Origin: Lingula anatina
Lineage: Eukaryota; Animalia; Brachiopoda
Assembly (NCBI GenBank): GCA_051362555.1
Contig: CM120640.1
Span: forward strand, 18,600,001 to 18,664,000
Direction of reading: 5' to 3'
Length of the DNA: 64,000 nucleotides
The number at the start of each line of letters is the position of its first letter. The stretch's first letter is position 1. Both the position numbers and the translations under genes were made by a program. Of the stretch, positions 1 to 18,951 are shown one piece after another. The notes below the pieces were generated by a model, which saw only the letters and a list, made by a program, of their open reading frames with translations, was not told where the DNA came from and made no database searches.

Positions 1-1030
1 GCAGTGAAGTGTTAAACTGAAGTCGGCCTGCTGACAGTTTGCCTATGGAACCCCTTTTTTAAATCTCTCTTTTAGCGCTGCGTAAAAAAACTAATACAAG
101 CCATTAACTAAATAAGTTGTAAATCAAAGAGTAAAATCCGGTCACATGATTTTCCCATGTTGCAGTCTTTGACAAGTTTCGGTTCTGCTTGTTTTAAGTT
201 TTGCCTCTACAAAATGCTAAAAAATTTCAGGTAAGTGCTGGTATCATCTTTTTGAAATTTATATCCAGCAAAGTTTATGAAATTTGCTATATTATGTAGA
301 AAAATCATGAAATTTGAAGGTTGCGAAGTATAGTTAATTTAATCCGCAATATTACATGATGTGAAAATTACCACAGGGAAATAGCTCTGCCCTGATTAGT
401 CACAGGCTATGTGAGCCAGACAATAGGCTGAGCACACAAAGACACACAGGGTGCTCTGCTGCGCCTGAGTGATCATTGCTGGTCAGTGGGCACAGGTTTT
501 GAGCTGAGAAGTGTGGACACTTTTGGTGGATTTTTGCAGTTAAAAAACTTCAATATCTTTGTTGCTTGTAGGAATATTTAAAAAATTCCAAATGATTTCA
601 TCCGGTTTTTGCATTACCTTTCAGATGATATAAGTATTTTAATTTTCTGATCAGTTTGAAAATTTTTCTGATATACCTACCTACAAAGTACAAGGACTTG
701 ATTTGAGTCTTGAAAAACCAGCTCATCGTGTAACGGTCACTGTGACTCCATCAGATACTTGATGTTCGATTTAATCAGTTATTTATGTCATGCGTTAGTC
801 TTTTAGGTAAATGCACAAGTTTTCTTGGTCCAAAGTGTTTGAAAACACTTTTGGTCTCTTCTTATTTAAAAATAAATACAAATTCATGGTAGTATTCATT
901 TTGTACTGGAGCCTTGAAACCAAGGAGTTATCTGTTATAACTCCTTGTTGAAACGAAGTTGAAAGAGATTCATCAGTGCTGGGTGAAAGAAATTTGTCAC
1001 TTAAATCTTTTATTACAGAGATGTAGCAGA

Positions 1031-4000
1031 ATGTCAATGGATGAAATCCCAGAGTTGCTGGATGCACAGAAAAACAACAACACCATACTGCAGCTGAATT
1101 ATAAAGGTCTGACAGAATTACCAAGCTGCCTTCTTCAATGTCAAGACTTAAGGCAGTTACAAAGACTGTATTTGAAAAGAAATGTTATAAAAAAGCTGGT
1201 AAGTAGTTCAATTGATTGTCACATAAATGTTATCATAAAACATAATGAAAGGAGTTTAATATAATTGCATTTGTCTTATTTTGCTTCAAAGTTAAATATT
1301 CATTGTCATAAAAGCAAGTAAAGCAAAGAAAAGAGACCAAATCTCAAAGTAATTATTCTTAAAACAAATTTTCTTGTTGCTGTTGTTATCCTTTGAAACT
1401 AAATTGTAGACACATTTTTTTGCCTAAATTAAGTGACCTGAGAATCTCTTTTCTTTGCTTCAGCATACTGCATGAGATGTGAACCCTTTCCAACTATTCA
1501 TATTCATGAATCAAACAAATGGACCAATGGAGAAATTTTCACATTTCCCAACTCCTGATATTTCTCATCTAAATGCCAATGACTATGACCACATCTATGA
1601 GCCAGCCGAGGACACATTTCTACTTATGGATGCACTGGAGAAAGACATAGAAATCATAACAATGCTAAACCCAAGTGTATCTTTAGAAGTTGGATGTGGC
1701 TCTGGTATTGTCAGTACTTTCCTGGCACAGATACTGAAAATGAAAGTGTTTCATGTCTGTAGTGATGTGAATCCCAAGGCCACTGCTGTGACACTAAGAA
1801 CTGCTAGACAAAACAATGTTGATTTGAACCCTGTCCTGACAGATCTAGCTTCAGCATTACTGTACAGATTTCAGGGCAATGTTGACATATTAATTTTCAA
1901 CCCACCATATGTGGTAACACCACCAGAAGAGGTGGGAAGTTCTGGAATTGAAGCATCATGGGCAGGGGGAGAGAGGGGACGGGAAGTGATGGACAGATTT
2001 TTCCCACAGGTTCCCCTGTTGTTGTCAAAATGCGGTGTGTTTTACCTGGTTGTTATAAAAGAAAATGACATTGATGAAATACAGTCTATAATGGAAGAAA
2101 ATGGCTTTATAATGAATGTAGTGTTGTCAAGGAAATCTGGACCAGAACATTTATCTGTTTTGCGATTTACAAGAAAGAACCCTTTTCAGCATGCTTCCTA
2201 ACTTCTACATGATGTACACAACATTGTGGAAAGAAAATGCCATAATTTTGTTTGAGAGAACAGTTTCATTAGCTCTGTATGTATCATAGCCCTGTATGAA
2301 AATATAATTTTGTTTGTTTGTCTTTATATATATTCATGCAATAAAACACTCCTAATGAAGGGGAAAACCTTTCTTTTAAGAAAAAATAATTTCTGGATCT
2401 CATTTATCTTTAAAATAATTATATTTATTTAGCATAAGCTGGACTTTTTTCTCACCATTAGCTTATGGCCAACTGGGTTATACTGATGTGCTAAATAAAT
2501 ATCTGTTTCAATTCCATGCAAATGAACATTTTCTCTTATTTATGATATCTTGTTTGGAATTACATGAAAATTGTGCAAGATTTCAATGCTGGTCCACCTA
2601 TTAAAGTATTTGTTTTAAAATGTCCTAGTTTTTGACTGTTTTGTACTGTTGTATTCCTAGATTACCGGTTTAACAGTGTTGATTTACTTCATTATTTTAA
2701 CAGCCTGAAGATATTGGAAAATTGAGCAGTTTGATAGAATTGTAAGTATTAATTCTTAAGTAATACATGTATTATATGTAATACATAACACACTTGATAA
2801 ATAATGCATTTTGAAACACTACTTCACTCCTTGAATATAGATAGATAGAACGTGGTTTAAAATGAAAGTGACCTTCATGTTGACCTTTCTGAAAAATGGC
2901 AAGATTGGATTAATTTAATCAAGGAGTTATAACTCCTTGATTTAATCCATGCATCGATAAGTTTCAATATGATTTATATCAATACAGAAATATTGGGGGA
3001 AAACTAATTTTATTCACTTTTAATTTGTGACAGGTACTTGCATTCCAATGAACTTAATGAACTCCCTAATGGTAAGTAATACTATATGTTACTTTTAAAG
3101 GATAAAAAATTGCAGATATTTGTCATGGCTTCTATGGAAGGGTGCAATTATAGTTTTTAAGAGATTTTATAAATGATCAGTGAATACTAGTTTTATCTTG
3201 ATTATTTATTCTTATAGGTGTTGGGGATCTGGTTAGTCTTCAGTCGTTGAATGTGAGCTGTAACCACTTGACCTCTGTCCCAGTCAGTATTGGATGCCTG
3301 TCACAGCTAACAACACTGCATTTAGCCAACAATGAACTTTCCATACTGCCAAAAGGTGGTACTACACAAATGACAACTTTGCTTTATTTTTATTGTTATT
3401 GTTTCAAGTAGAGATAAATAGATATATTTGCAGAAACACTAACAATGGTAATGTAACAAGTATGCTTGTGATTTTTTTGCCAATTGTTAGATTTTTGCCT
3501 TTAAAAGGTCTAAATGGTAGTTTTTTTTTTTTTGCAATTGTTGTTCAGGTACCTAAACAAATGTCCATATTCACTGGTTTATTGTATTGTCACCAACAAT
3601 AATTTTGTGTTAAGCACCATGTGTTCTGGTTTTATATCACAATGGTTGTCTTTTTGACCTGCCTCTCTGACCCTAAATATATTGACTATCTATTCCCAGA
3701 GTTATTCAGCCTGCGGCACTTGTCTACCCTAGATGTTATGAGTAACAGGCTCCAACACCTTCCAGAAGAGATAGGACAGTGCCAAAACCTACAGATGTTA
3801 ATGCTGGATAAAAACAGACTATCATATTTACCAAATGAGATCTGCCATCTGCACCACTTGGAAGAACTCTCAGCCTCTGGCAATTGCTTGTTATGCATCC
3901 CTCCAGGTAATAAAAACTGTCACTTACATTCAACTTGCCATACTTGCCTTCAAAGTTTATAGATTTGAAATTTAAATATTATATAATATACTACTAGTCT

Positions 4001-4607
4001 ACTATTAGGATGATTTAAAAAGATTCTGTGAATTATTTATTTTGTACTTAATATTTTTTTATTTTGTGCCCACTTTTGATTCTCAAAATATAAATTATGA
4101 TATACTTTCAGGTTTAGGAAATATCGATTCGCTGAAAAATGTGTATTTTGATAACAACCCTTACTTGCACTGTCTGCCATGGAACCTTATCAACAAGCAG
4201 ATTGGATTTAATGGGTACAGGCAATATTTTATGGACTTTGTAGTCTTGACACTCCTACTTCAATATTGCCATCATTTCTTACTGAGAAACAAATTTATGT
4301 AAAACTTTCAATAGCCTGTCTGTAAGTGCAAAATGTTTAATAGAAATTTACATTAAATTTAACATTCAATTTGTCTGTATTCATTTCAGTTGTAGCAGGA
4401 GGAACTTTTCTGTCCATCCATCAATACCCCGTCCTCACCTGACTATACCCCACTCAGAAACGGAGATCAAGACTGTTTTCTTACCACAAGATATCCATGC
4501 AGTTGGAGACAGCACAAATAAAATTGTCAGCCTGCTTGAAATGAGCATGAGAGTACTGTTTAGCTCCGTTAAATGTGAAGGTAAGGCATCATTTTGAAAT
4601 TTCCTTG

Positions 4608-4657
<50 letters not shown>

Positions 4658-5047
4658 CATCCTCAGTTTTAGCCATGTAACATGAATGTTAAAACTTCAG
4701 AATGTTCAGGCATGATTAAACTGATTATTAACTAAAATGAAATTCTAGAGATTTTTTATGATTTTAATTCTTTCACAGGCATTGGTGTCAATGATCTTCC
4801 AAAGGAACTCCACAGAAAGCTGCGAACACCCACTGCCGACTGTCACAACTGCAGCCAAGCCATCTTCAGCATGGGATTCCCTATGATTTTTACCAGAGAT
4901 GTTCAGAGTTACAATAAGATGTATCTGATGACCTTTTCTTGCTCATTTAATTGTGTGAAAAAGGTGCTGGTTAATGTTAGAATGCCTGTTGTTTTCCCAA
5001 ATTTTATGGACTTCTCACTGGCAGTTGTCCTTTTGGACAATGGTTAG
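1031..5047 (+). CDS. LRRC28: Leucine-rich repeat protein, LRRC28-like (8 coding exons)
   Basis: In-phase GT-AG exons 1031-1198, 2704-2741, 3034-3071, 3218-3355, 3700-3906, 4112-4214, 4390-4580, 4779-5047. They encode tandem LxxLxLxxN repeats and a C-terminal LPKELHRKLRTPTADCHNC...CSFNC motif. Probable non-coding first exon ends at 230 (CAG|GTAAGT); AATAAA near 5244. Confidence 0.8.
1506..2201 (+). CDS. N6AMT1: N6AMT1/HemK2 (KMT9) SAM-dependent methyltransferase; intronless, nested in an LRRC28 intron
   Basis: Motifs YEPAEDTFLLMDALE, LEVGCGSG, FNPPYVVTP and WAGGERGREV. Start is ATG 1506 or 1527. Splice acceptor at 1462-1463; AATAAA at 2340-2345. Confidence 0.95.
   Translation: MNQTNGPMEKFSHFPTPDISHLNANDYDHIYEPAEDTFLLMDALEKDIEIITMLNPSVSLEVGCGSGIVSTFLAQILKMKVFHVCSDVNPKATAVTLRTARQNNVDLNPVLTDLASALLYRFQGNVDILIFNPPYVVTPPEEVGSSGIEASWAGGERGREVMDRFFPQVPLLLSKCGVFYLVVIKENDIDEIQSIMEENGFIMNVVLSRKSGPEHLSVLRFTRKNPFQHAS
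4613..4655. repeat. (TG)n microsatellite
   Basis: Perfect TG run in an LRRC28 intron. Confidence 0.95.
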
Positions 5048-5399
5048 TTTATGGGAAAAATAAAATACTAGTACTTAGTGCTTCAAATGTTGCTGCTGTG
5101 CAGCATTTATAATCACAGAACAGAAACTGATTACAAAATTCAGCAAAACTTCATAAAGCTTTCAAGATCTGTCATAGTTTTGAAAATATTTATTTTACAT
5201 ATTTTCAAGCGTGATACTATGATTTTATACTATGATTATTGAAAATAAAAAAAAAAACACTTTATAAAATCATGACAACATAATTCATACTCTATTGACA
5301 TTTATTGAAAAACAGCATAGTTTTCAGTCCATGCCATAAAGATATTTACAGTATTAGGGTCTATTCCCAGACCGTATCGTACTAATTGTGGATCAATCT

Positions 5400-5570
5400 A
5401 TCTCCAAGGGGAATCTTGTAAAATTGCAATCAAGTTAAGTGGTTAAGATGTCTGTCACGCCTACTGAAGCTGCTAGGGGGTAATTAATTATCATTATGCA
5501 GCTTCAGTAGGTATGCCAGACATCTAAGCCACTTAAGCTGAAAGCAACTTAGCGAGAAAGGCCTTGGAGA
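5400..5570. repeat. Long imperfect inverted repeat (foldback)
   Basis: Paired arms ATCTCCAAGG/CCTTGGAGAT, TTAAGTGGTTAAGATGTCTG/CAGACATCTAAGCCACTTAA and CCTACTGAAGCTGC/GCAGCTTCAGTAGG. Confidence 0.85.
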
Positions 5571-5798
5571 TGGGTCAATTATGTTAGATCAATCTAGGTA
5601 TGGAAACCCAGTCTTTAATTCAAAGACAATATTTTTGTTACTTTTGCCTGTAAAAGTTCCAGATATAGGTCATTACAGTTCCCCAGATATAGGTCATTAC
5701 AGTTCCAATGTACACCCTTCTCGCATGTGCTAACCATTTCAAAAAGTAGAAACAGTAAGTGACTGAACACTTTACAGTTAAAACTGCTGCCAATAATC

Positions 5799-7091
5799 CT
5801 ACTGATAATTATCATCACTATAGTTCTGTAATGTCAGGCCTTGCTGGTCAATTGCCATGAGAACTGCAGCATCCATAAAATGACTAGGAGATTGTGGAAC
5901 TTCTTCCCCTTGCACAATATTCAAGCAAACATCATCCTCACAGCTGTAACGTGTTTGAAAAGGTACACTAGAAACCAAATTCAAATTTTGAGAATCTTCC
6001 TCTTCAGAGCTTACGCTTTCCACAGCTTCGGTACCAGCATTTTGTACAGAGTTTGTGTCACAGTCACTTCTACTACCATTGCCACTTCGCATATGGCCCA
6101 TGAAGTGAGATTCTTCCACCGATGAAGTATCATCAGTATCCCCAACACCAGCTGCTGTCTCTGTATGCCGACTTGTGGAATACGAAATATTCTGCTCATC
6201 ATTCAGTGCAGAGTAAGCATATGCTCTGTTGGTCAGTATGTTTTCAGTAGCCTGTGTAAGGCTATCCAACATGGGCATAATTCTCTGACGTTGTTCTGCA
6301 GTTAATGCAGGCCTGGCTGTTGTCAGTCCTTGTCTTTGAATAGCAGTTAAAATACCTGCTTCTTCAGCATGTTGTTCATCATGACTTGACTCAGGAGTTG
6401 CACCCATCTCTTCAAGTGACTTATTAATAGCATTTTCAATCAGTGCTTTACTGCAGTGCATGTTTTGCCATTTGCGTAATAACACTCTCTCTATAATTCT
6501 GCAATCTTCCAATACATTTGAAGATGTTGGGGGTAGTGAATGGAGATCGTGTATTTCTATAATCTGGGTCTCTGTTGTACAACTACCAATAATTTCTACA
6601 GCTGGTTCCTGTGTATCTAACTTTCTTCCATCTGCCTTATCAATCGTTTGCTTTAGGTCATTACAAATGCTGTTGGATATGGAATCTTCAATAAAACTCA
6701 GACACTCAGAATTTTTGCACTCTGCCTTGGATTCATCTGGCTGACAGTTTATGTTTGTTTTCTGTTTAATCGAGTCATTATGTTCTCTGCAGTTTTCTTC
6801 TGATAACTGCATATTTTTTTCAGATGAGGTAGCAGTCCGTATTGCAGGATGGGGATTTGCCAACATGTCTGACCTTCTGCTGGCAGGGTCACTTAAAACA
6901 TTGTCATGGTTGGCTCTCTGTATTGTATCATCAACATTCATGACATCATTAGTTTCACACATGGAGGTACTTTCTGAAGATGTCCTTTTTATTTGCCAGG
7001 CATATTTTGCCTTTTTGAATGGTGCTTTTGTTGATGCTAATTCCTTATTGCACTGATGTCTCTTATGATCTCTGTCGTCATTCTTCATCAT
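5799..7091 (-). CDS. Uncharacterised 430-aa, largely disordered acidic protein; single coding exon
   Basis: 1.3-kb ORF in AT-rich DNA. Plausible 5' UTR intron from donor ~7461 to acceptor ~7188, and a CpG-rich promoter-like region ~7730-7830. Minus-strand AATAAA at ~5301-5306. Confidence 0.8.
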   Translation of the reverse strand: MMKNDDRDHKRHQCNKELASTKAPFKKAKYAWQIKRTSSESTSMCETNDVMNVDDTIQRANHDNVLSDPASRRSDMLANPHPAIRTATSSEKNMQLSEENCREHNDSIKQKTNINCQPDESKAECKNSECLSFIEDSISNSICNDLKQTIDKADGRKLDTQEPAVEIIGSCTTETQIIEIHDLHSLPPTSSNVLEDCRIIERVLLRKWQNMHCSKALIENAINKSLEEMGATPESSHDEQHAEEAGILTAIQRQGLTTARPALTAEQRQRIMPMLDSLTQATENILTNRAYAYSALNDEQNISYSTSRHTETAAGVGDTDDTSSVEESHFMGHMRSGNGSRSDCDTNSVQNAGTEAVESVSSEEEDSQNLNLVSSVPFQTRYSCEDDVCLNIVQGEEVPQSPSHFMDAAVLMAIDQQGLTLQNYSDDNYQ

Positions 7092-10000
7092 GCAGATTGG
7101 TTGACTGCACTTTTCAAAATAAGAATCCAGGTATTGAAAGTGTCACACTTTCACACTGAATGATTGAACCAGTGCATGAGACTTTATCTGAAATAATTTA
7201 CATCAAATAATTTATTAAGCAATATTAGGCTTGCTAATTCAAACTTAATTGATATTAGAAAATCAGTGTAAGTAGAAGTATGTCCACTTTATGCGAATTC
7301 TCATTAGACCTCTGAATACTGCACATGCAGTGCTGTCCAGGCTTAAATTCATTGTGTTACTTCGTTAAATTGGTGATTAACACCTAAACAACTGAAGCCA
7401 ATTGCAATGTAGGCAGAAAGTAATGTAATAATATGCAGACAGCTCCCTTTTTAAGACTTACCTCGTCAAGTACTCACATTTCCCTTTCGAATATCAAATA
7501 GACATAAGGTGCAGGGGGTCCTCCTTTGGATTACGCAATATTAAAACACTCTGTTCTAGTTATTTGTTCGTTATTAGATATACGAGAAAACGCCCAAACA
7601 AACACAAAATCCAAACATTTTCCAAGCTCTGCAGGATCAGTTTATCGAGGTCAACTTTTGCTCACCTATCGCAATTACTGTTGCATGTTGGGAATGAATC
7701 GCCATATTAGCTCGTCTTCACGACCGTAAACAACCGTCATCACAGTAGGACACATACTGTCACGGCGTAGGGTTTTTACGTCGTTTTTTCACGCGCCATT
7801 ACGTTACGTCGCGTTCGTTTTGTGAAACAGTGGAAATTTGACCGAAAAATGTCAATATTATCTGCAGAAGTAAATATCTAATACTTCCAATCAGATGTTA
7901 TATTAATTGGGTATTTAAGCTTCATACCCATGTAATATTTTATTTTGAAATGTTTGATTTGACCGAGTTTATGTTCGCCAAACTCACACGTCGCGGTGAC
8001 ATTTTTCCTTGGCAACATCGTAACTTTCCTTATAATTTGCAAACTAGAGAGTGTGCGGGAAATTCCAGAGCCTGTATAATGTGTTTAAAAGTCAAAATTG
8101 TGTGGCTAAATTTTTATTCAAATCTATCCTTGTAAACAAATGCCTCAGCTGTTTTCGTAGGAAGATGGTGTAAAATTCAGGATTTGACGTCATGCATCGG
8201 CCAAGACGAGCCCAACTGAATGTTTGTTTACATTTTCGCCTATTTGCACTTTGGCGAATACTTGTGTTAAATATGGTCAGTAATTCTATTTTTACGTTGA
8301 TACATGTTGCTGTCTTTATGAGGTTTAGTCCCAATTCCATTTTACGATGTTACGACTGATATTTGTACAAAAACAACATCTTAGGAGCTGGTCAAAATTT
8401 TCAGTGGTAAATGTGCAAGCTTAAATTGGCTAATATATGTATTTCTAAATGTTATCTGTGTTTTATGTGACATTGATAAGATAAGTGGATTGTTTTCCTC
8501 ATTTCAATTGGCAGATAAGTATTTTTAAAAAGCATATTTTTCTTTAAAATCCTTTATTCAACATATACAACATACTGAAACATGTTGAACAATTTTATCT
8601 GGCAGTGTCATTTTCAACATTAATCACAAAATTATAATTTTGCATGCTTTTTTTTTTTTTTACAAAATCATGAATTCTTAGAGAGGACATGATTAATGTA
8701 TACTAAACTGCAAAATGTCTGTTTCCCTTCTTTTCTTTTTCTTTTTCATTTTCCATTCCTTTGCTGTCTTTCTGTTTGAATATTATAAGCCAACAATTAA
8801 GTGGTAAACCATGGGCTATTGGTTTTCTGCAATTATCAACTTTTATTGAAAAATACAGTGACTATCAAGTCTATGCCTTTAGTTGCTTTAGATCTGTCCA
8901 AATACTCAGTAAATATATCTTTCATATCTCTATCAATAGAGGTATAGAAATAAATGCATAAACAAAGGTTGCTTAATTGATATCATCATGATCACTTTCA
9001 CATTATGTAGAACCCACTTTCCCTGTTACTTGCATGAAACTCTTCATTTTCACCTGCAATGAAAAAATACCACTACAACATAAATTATTAGAGACCATGG
9101 TTAAAGATAAACATTTTCATTTACATAAATTGAGAACATGTATCAAAACTTATACAGAAGACCACAGCCGAGCACAACATAGTTAATGGTACCGGGGGTA
9201 CATAAGGCACGGCCGTTACAACAAAGTTTATCATGAACTACATAATAATGCTTTCCTGGGAACTAACATGATGATGCTCAAAATTTTTTTACTGTAGATT
9301 TGCATTGTGGAATGTACTTTGAGATATAGCTGTATAACAATTAGAAGTGTATAATTGAAGATTAAACATGTACCCCGTATACTTATCAAATGAATCTTGG
9401 CAGGTGCTCGCGCTGGTAAACTGCTTTCGTATCGTTATTAAGTAAATCTGTTGACTAAACTGATGTAAATGATTCAGGGTAGGTCACACAGTGCAGAATG
9501 AACAACACCCCCTATTAACAAAACTACATGTATGATACATTGTATACTATAACTTACAACTTGGGCATATCCGAATGTACTATATACCGTACATGATCTT
9601 GAAGTTGGGGGGAAGGCATACACTTTTTTCGTATAAAGTTTAACTTCTGAATTCTGTTGAAAATCTATACCTACCTCATTATAATCTTCATATATAGTTT
9701 ACATGTGTGGGTCACAAATTTCCGCAAGTTTTGGTGCAATTCAAAACTGGCCGCACAATTCACTCCACCTGTCCACCCTCGTGATAAAATTGCGGGATTT
9801 CCAATGAAAATAGGTCAGACAAACTCCCGCAAAACGAGAGGCAAAATTGGTTCTTCGGCATTAAATTTAAGTTGTATTTTTATTATTTCATGCAATCATT
9901 GCCCTAATAAACCGAAAACCTTATTTGTGATCACACTGGACTTAAGAAATGCATAATTTGAAGGCCCAATCCGCATGTCACATGACTTCTGTCACATGAT

Positions 10001-10653
10001 ATTTACGAATCAAACCAGTTCAAGGTCAGTAGTCTGCTGCTTAGGAGAAAAGTGTGGATCACAGCACCTTATGTGAAATTTGAGGTTAGTTTGAAACTTT
10101 TTAGAGTGAATAAAGGTGTTTATTTGCTTGAAAGACGGCAAAAATGGGTATTATATTCGATGGTTTTGCGCGGGAGTAAATTTCCGCTTATTTTGACAAC
10201 TTCCCAGATTTTCGGTCGAGACTGACAAACCAAAGAGTGTGCGGGATTTTCCTTTAAAAATTGAAAACCTTTATACTTTAGCAATCTTTTTTCGCAATTT
10301 AAGCGAATTTTATATTTGTAAACAAATTTCTCGCATTATAGTCCCTCCCTAGACATATGCGTTTTTGGTTCTGTAAAAAATTCCGTCCTCTGTATTCAGT
10401 ACGCGGTGGTAAGATTACTTGACGGTTTATTGGTAAAACTATGCTCTTTTTCGACAGAAGAACAAATGCTTATTCACTTTCTAAAATATAAAAGTTCAAG
10501 CCACAGTAGATTTTTTGCAATATAGATTTACGCGCAACGTACTCATTTTCAATGAGTCGCCCTTCTCGAGCTATTTTGTTGCGCGGACGTAGCAAATGGA
10601 CAATCATGACGTGCCGAAGTACACCGCTTTTCGACAGTATGTGTCCTACTGTC

Positions 10654-17117
<6,464 letters not shown>

Positions 17118-18951
17118 CCAAATGCGAAGATCAATTCAAGTTATAGAAATGGCAGTGCAGTTGCAGAGTTCAGGGTTTTGAAAGAGGAATATGCATTGAG
17201 AATATTCAGACAAATCTGGTCTTTATCATAGTATGCCTGCAAGTTAGCATTCATTCTCAAATATCAATGGTAGTATAAGTAATGGTATATTTAAAGCATT
17301 TGCTCAAAGTACAATTCTTGAATCTATTGTTCTGCTGTCCATCAAACCTCTTTTTATCAGCATAATAAACCCATTATTTACTCATTTTAAGTCACTTTCA
17401 AGTGAAATATTCATGTTGTAATTAAAAAAATTGGTTGGTGGTTGTGCAAAAAATTATCATGCCAGTGCTTAATTTTCAGTTTTACTATGTAAATGTACTA
17501 GCAGTAAGATTTCTTATCCTAGGCTTTGAATGGGTTGTTTATTCAAGGAAATGATTTAAATAAAATAAGTGTTGCCAGGTAAATACAGCTAATAAAAAGA
17601 CCCATATCTGACACTGCATGCGAGCTATTAAGATCTGAATTTTTGTTGGGGTTGTTAAGAATATCACTGGGGTTATTTGCAAAAACAGTGGTTAATTATT
17701 GGTAAAGGGCCCCTCTGTACGATTTTGGCAGGAAAGTATTGTGGTATCCAAAAGTTATTTAGTTCTAACTAACAACTGAGCAACATTTGTCTCGCGCTTA
17801 AATATACCCAACTTTCTTTCTTCGATTAAACCTAATGAATATTTAACACATATCTTTCATTTCTGCTTGCTGAAAATATTTGAAAAAAAAAAAAAAATGA
17901 ATGAAAATTTTGAACAAGTTATAATTTCATTATTCAAAAGGCTCTTAGCCTTTATTTATTAGTACAGGGTTTGTGAATAAATAGTAGGAATTATAGGAAT
18001 GAATATTCCACACACTTTTCCTTAAAGTATAGTAAATGTAGCAGCTCATAAAGATATGTGCAATATCGAGCTTACATATTACTGCTATGCTAGTGAAATC
18101 CAGTTGAAGTTTATTTGAATGTATGAATATAAATATTCATGTCTGTTCCGTCCTTAATGCTTTACAATAATGCATATATTTATATCTATATATATATATA
18201 TATATATAATTTATTTGTTTTGGTTTTACAAAACAATTTTCTTCTGGGAACTACTGCAGTGTCTGTGCATTTGTACATTTTAACATGTAGATCTTATTAC
18301 AAGCAAAATTACATGTTTATAACTATAATGGAAATAAAGATTATTTTGTTAGGAAATACTCAAATTTGGAAGTTATGCACCTATTAGCATTAAATAAAAT
18401 TTTAATGCCTCTGAACTCAGATAATTATCAAAAACCATTTGAAAATTTGATAAAATGTTTTTCAATTTCTATATCTGAAACAAAGCGAATGAAGTCCTCA
18501 ATATAACGCAGAAAACTGCTTTTGTTTATTCAAATAACAAATACAAGTAAACAAAAATGCGTTGTAGAAATGAAACAGCTGTTCTATATCACTTAAGACC
18601 ATAATAAATATTTTATTCAAAGCTTAAATAAAATTTTAATCACAAATATGAATTAAATGTAGACCAACAGTGGTCATAACATATTAATTTACAGACTTTT
18701 GAAGTTTTTCATATTAAAAAGGTACTAGAAGGTTTTTTTGTTTTTTTTTTTTTTTTTGCCCCAAATACCATCACCTAGCTTCCTTGTTGGGGTGGGGGTC
18801 TTTTATCATTCCAAGAAGATGTAAATATCACTCACAACTCAAGCCACTTGAGTATTAGTATTAGTATGACAAAATAGCATCACTAGAATTATATTGAACT
18901 TCTTTATCCAAACTGAAAGTTGGGGCCCCAAGACTTTTTTTGTGTGTTCTC

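Noticed and set aside
5841-7056. Plus-strand ORFs opposite the 430-aa gene, and similar shadows at 59312-59758, 61214-61717 and 62363-63997
   Set aside because: Antisense shadows of real coding sequence.
9380-9510. Telomerase RNA candidate
   Set aside because: The nearest match (CTACCCTGA, minus strand) is not a valid CTAACCCTAA template.
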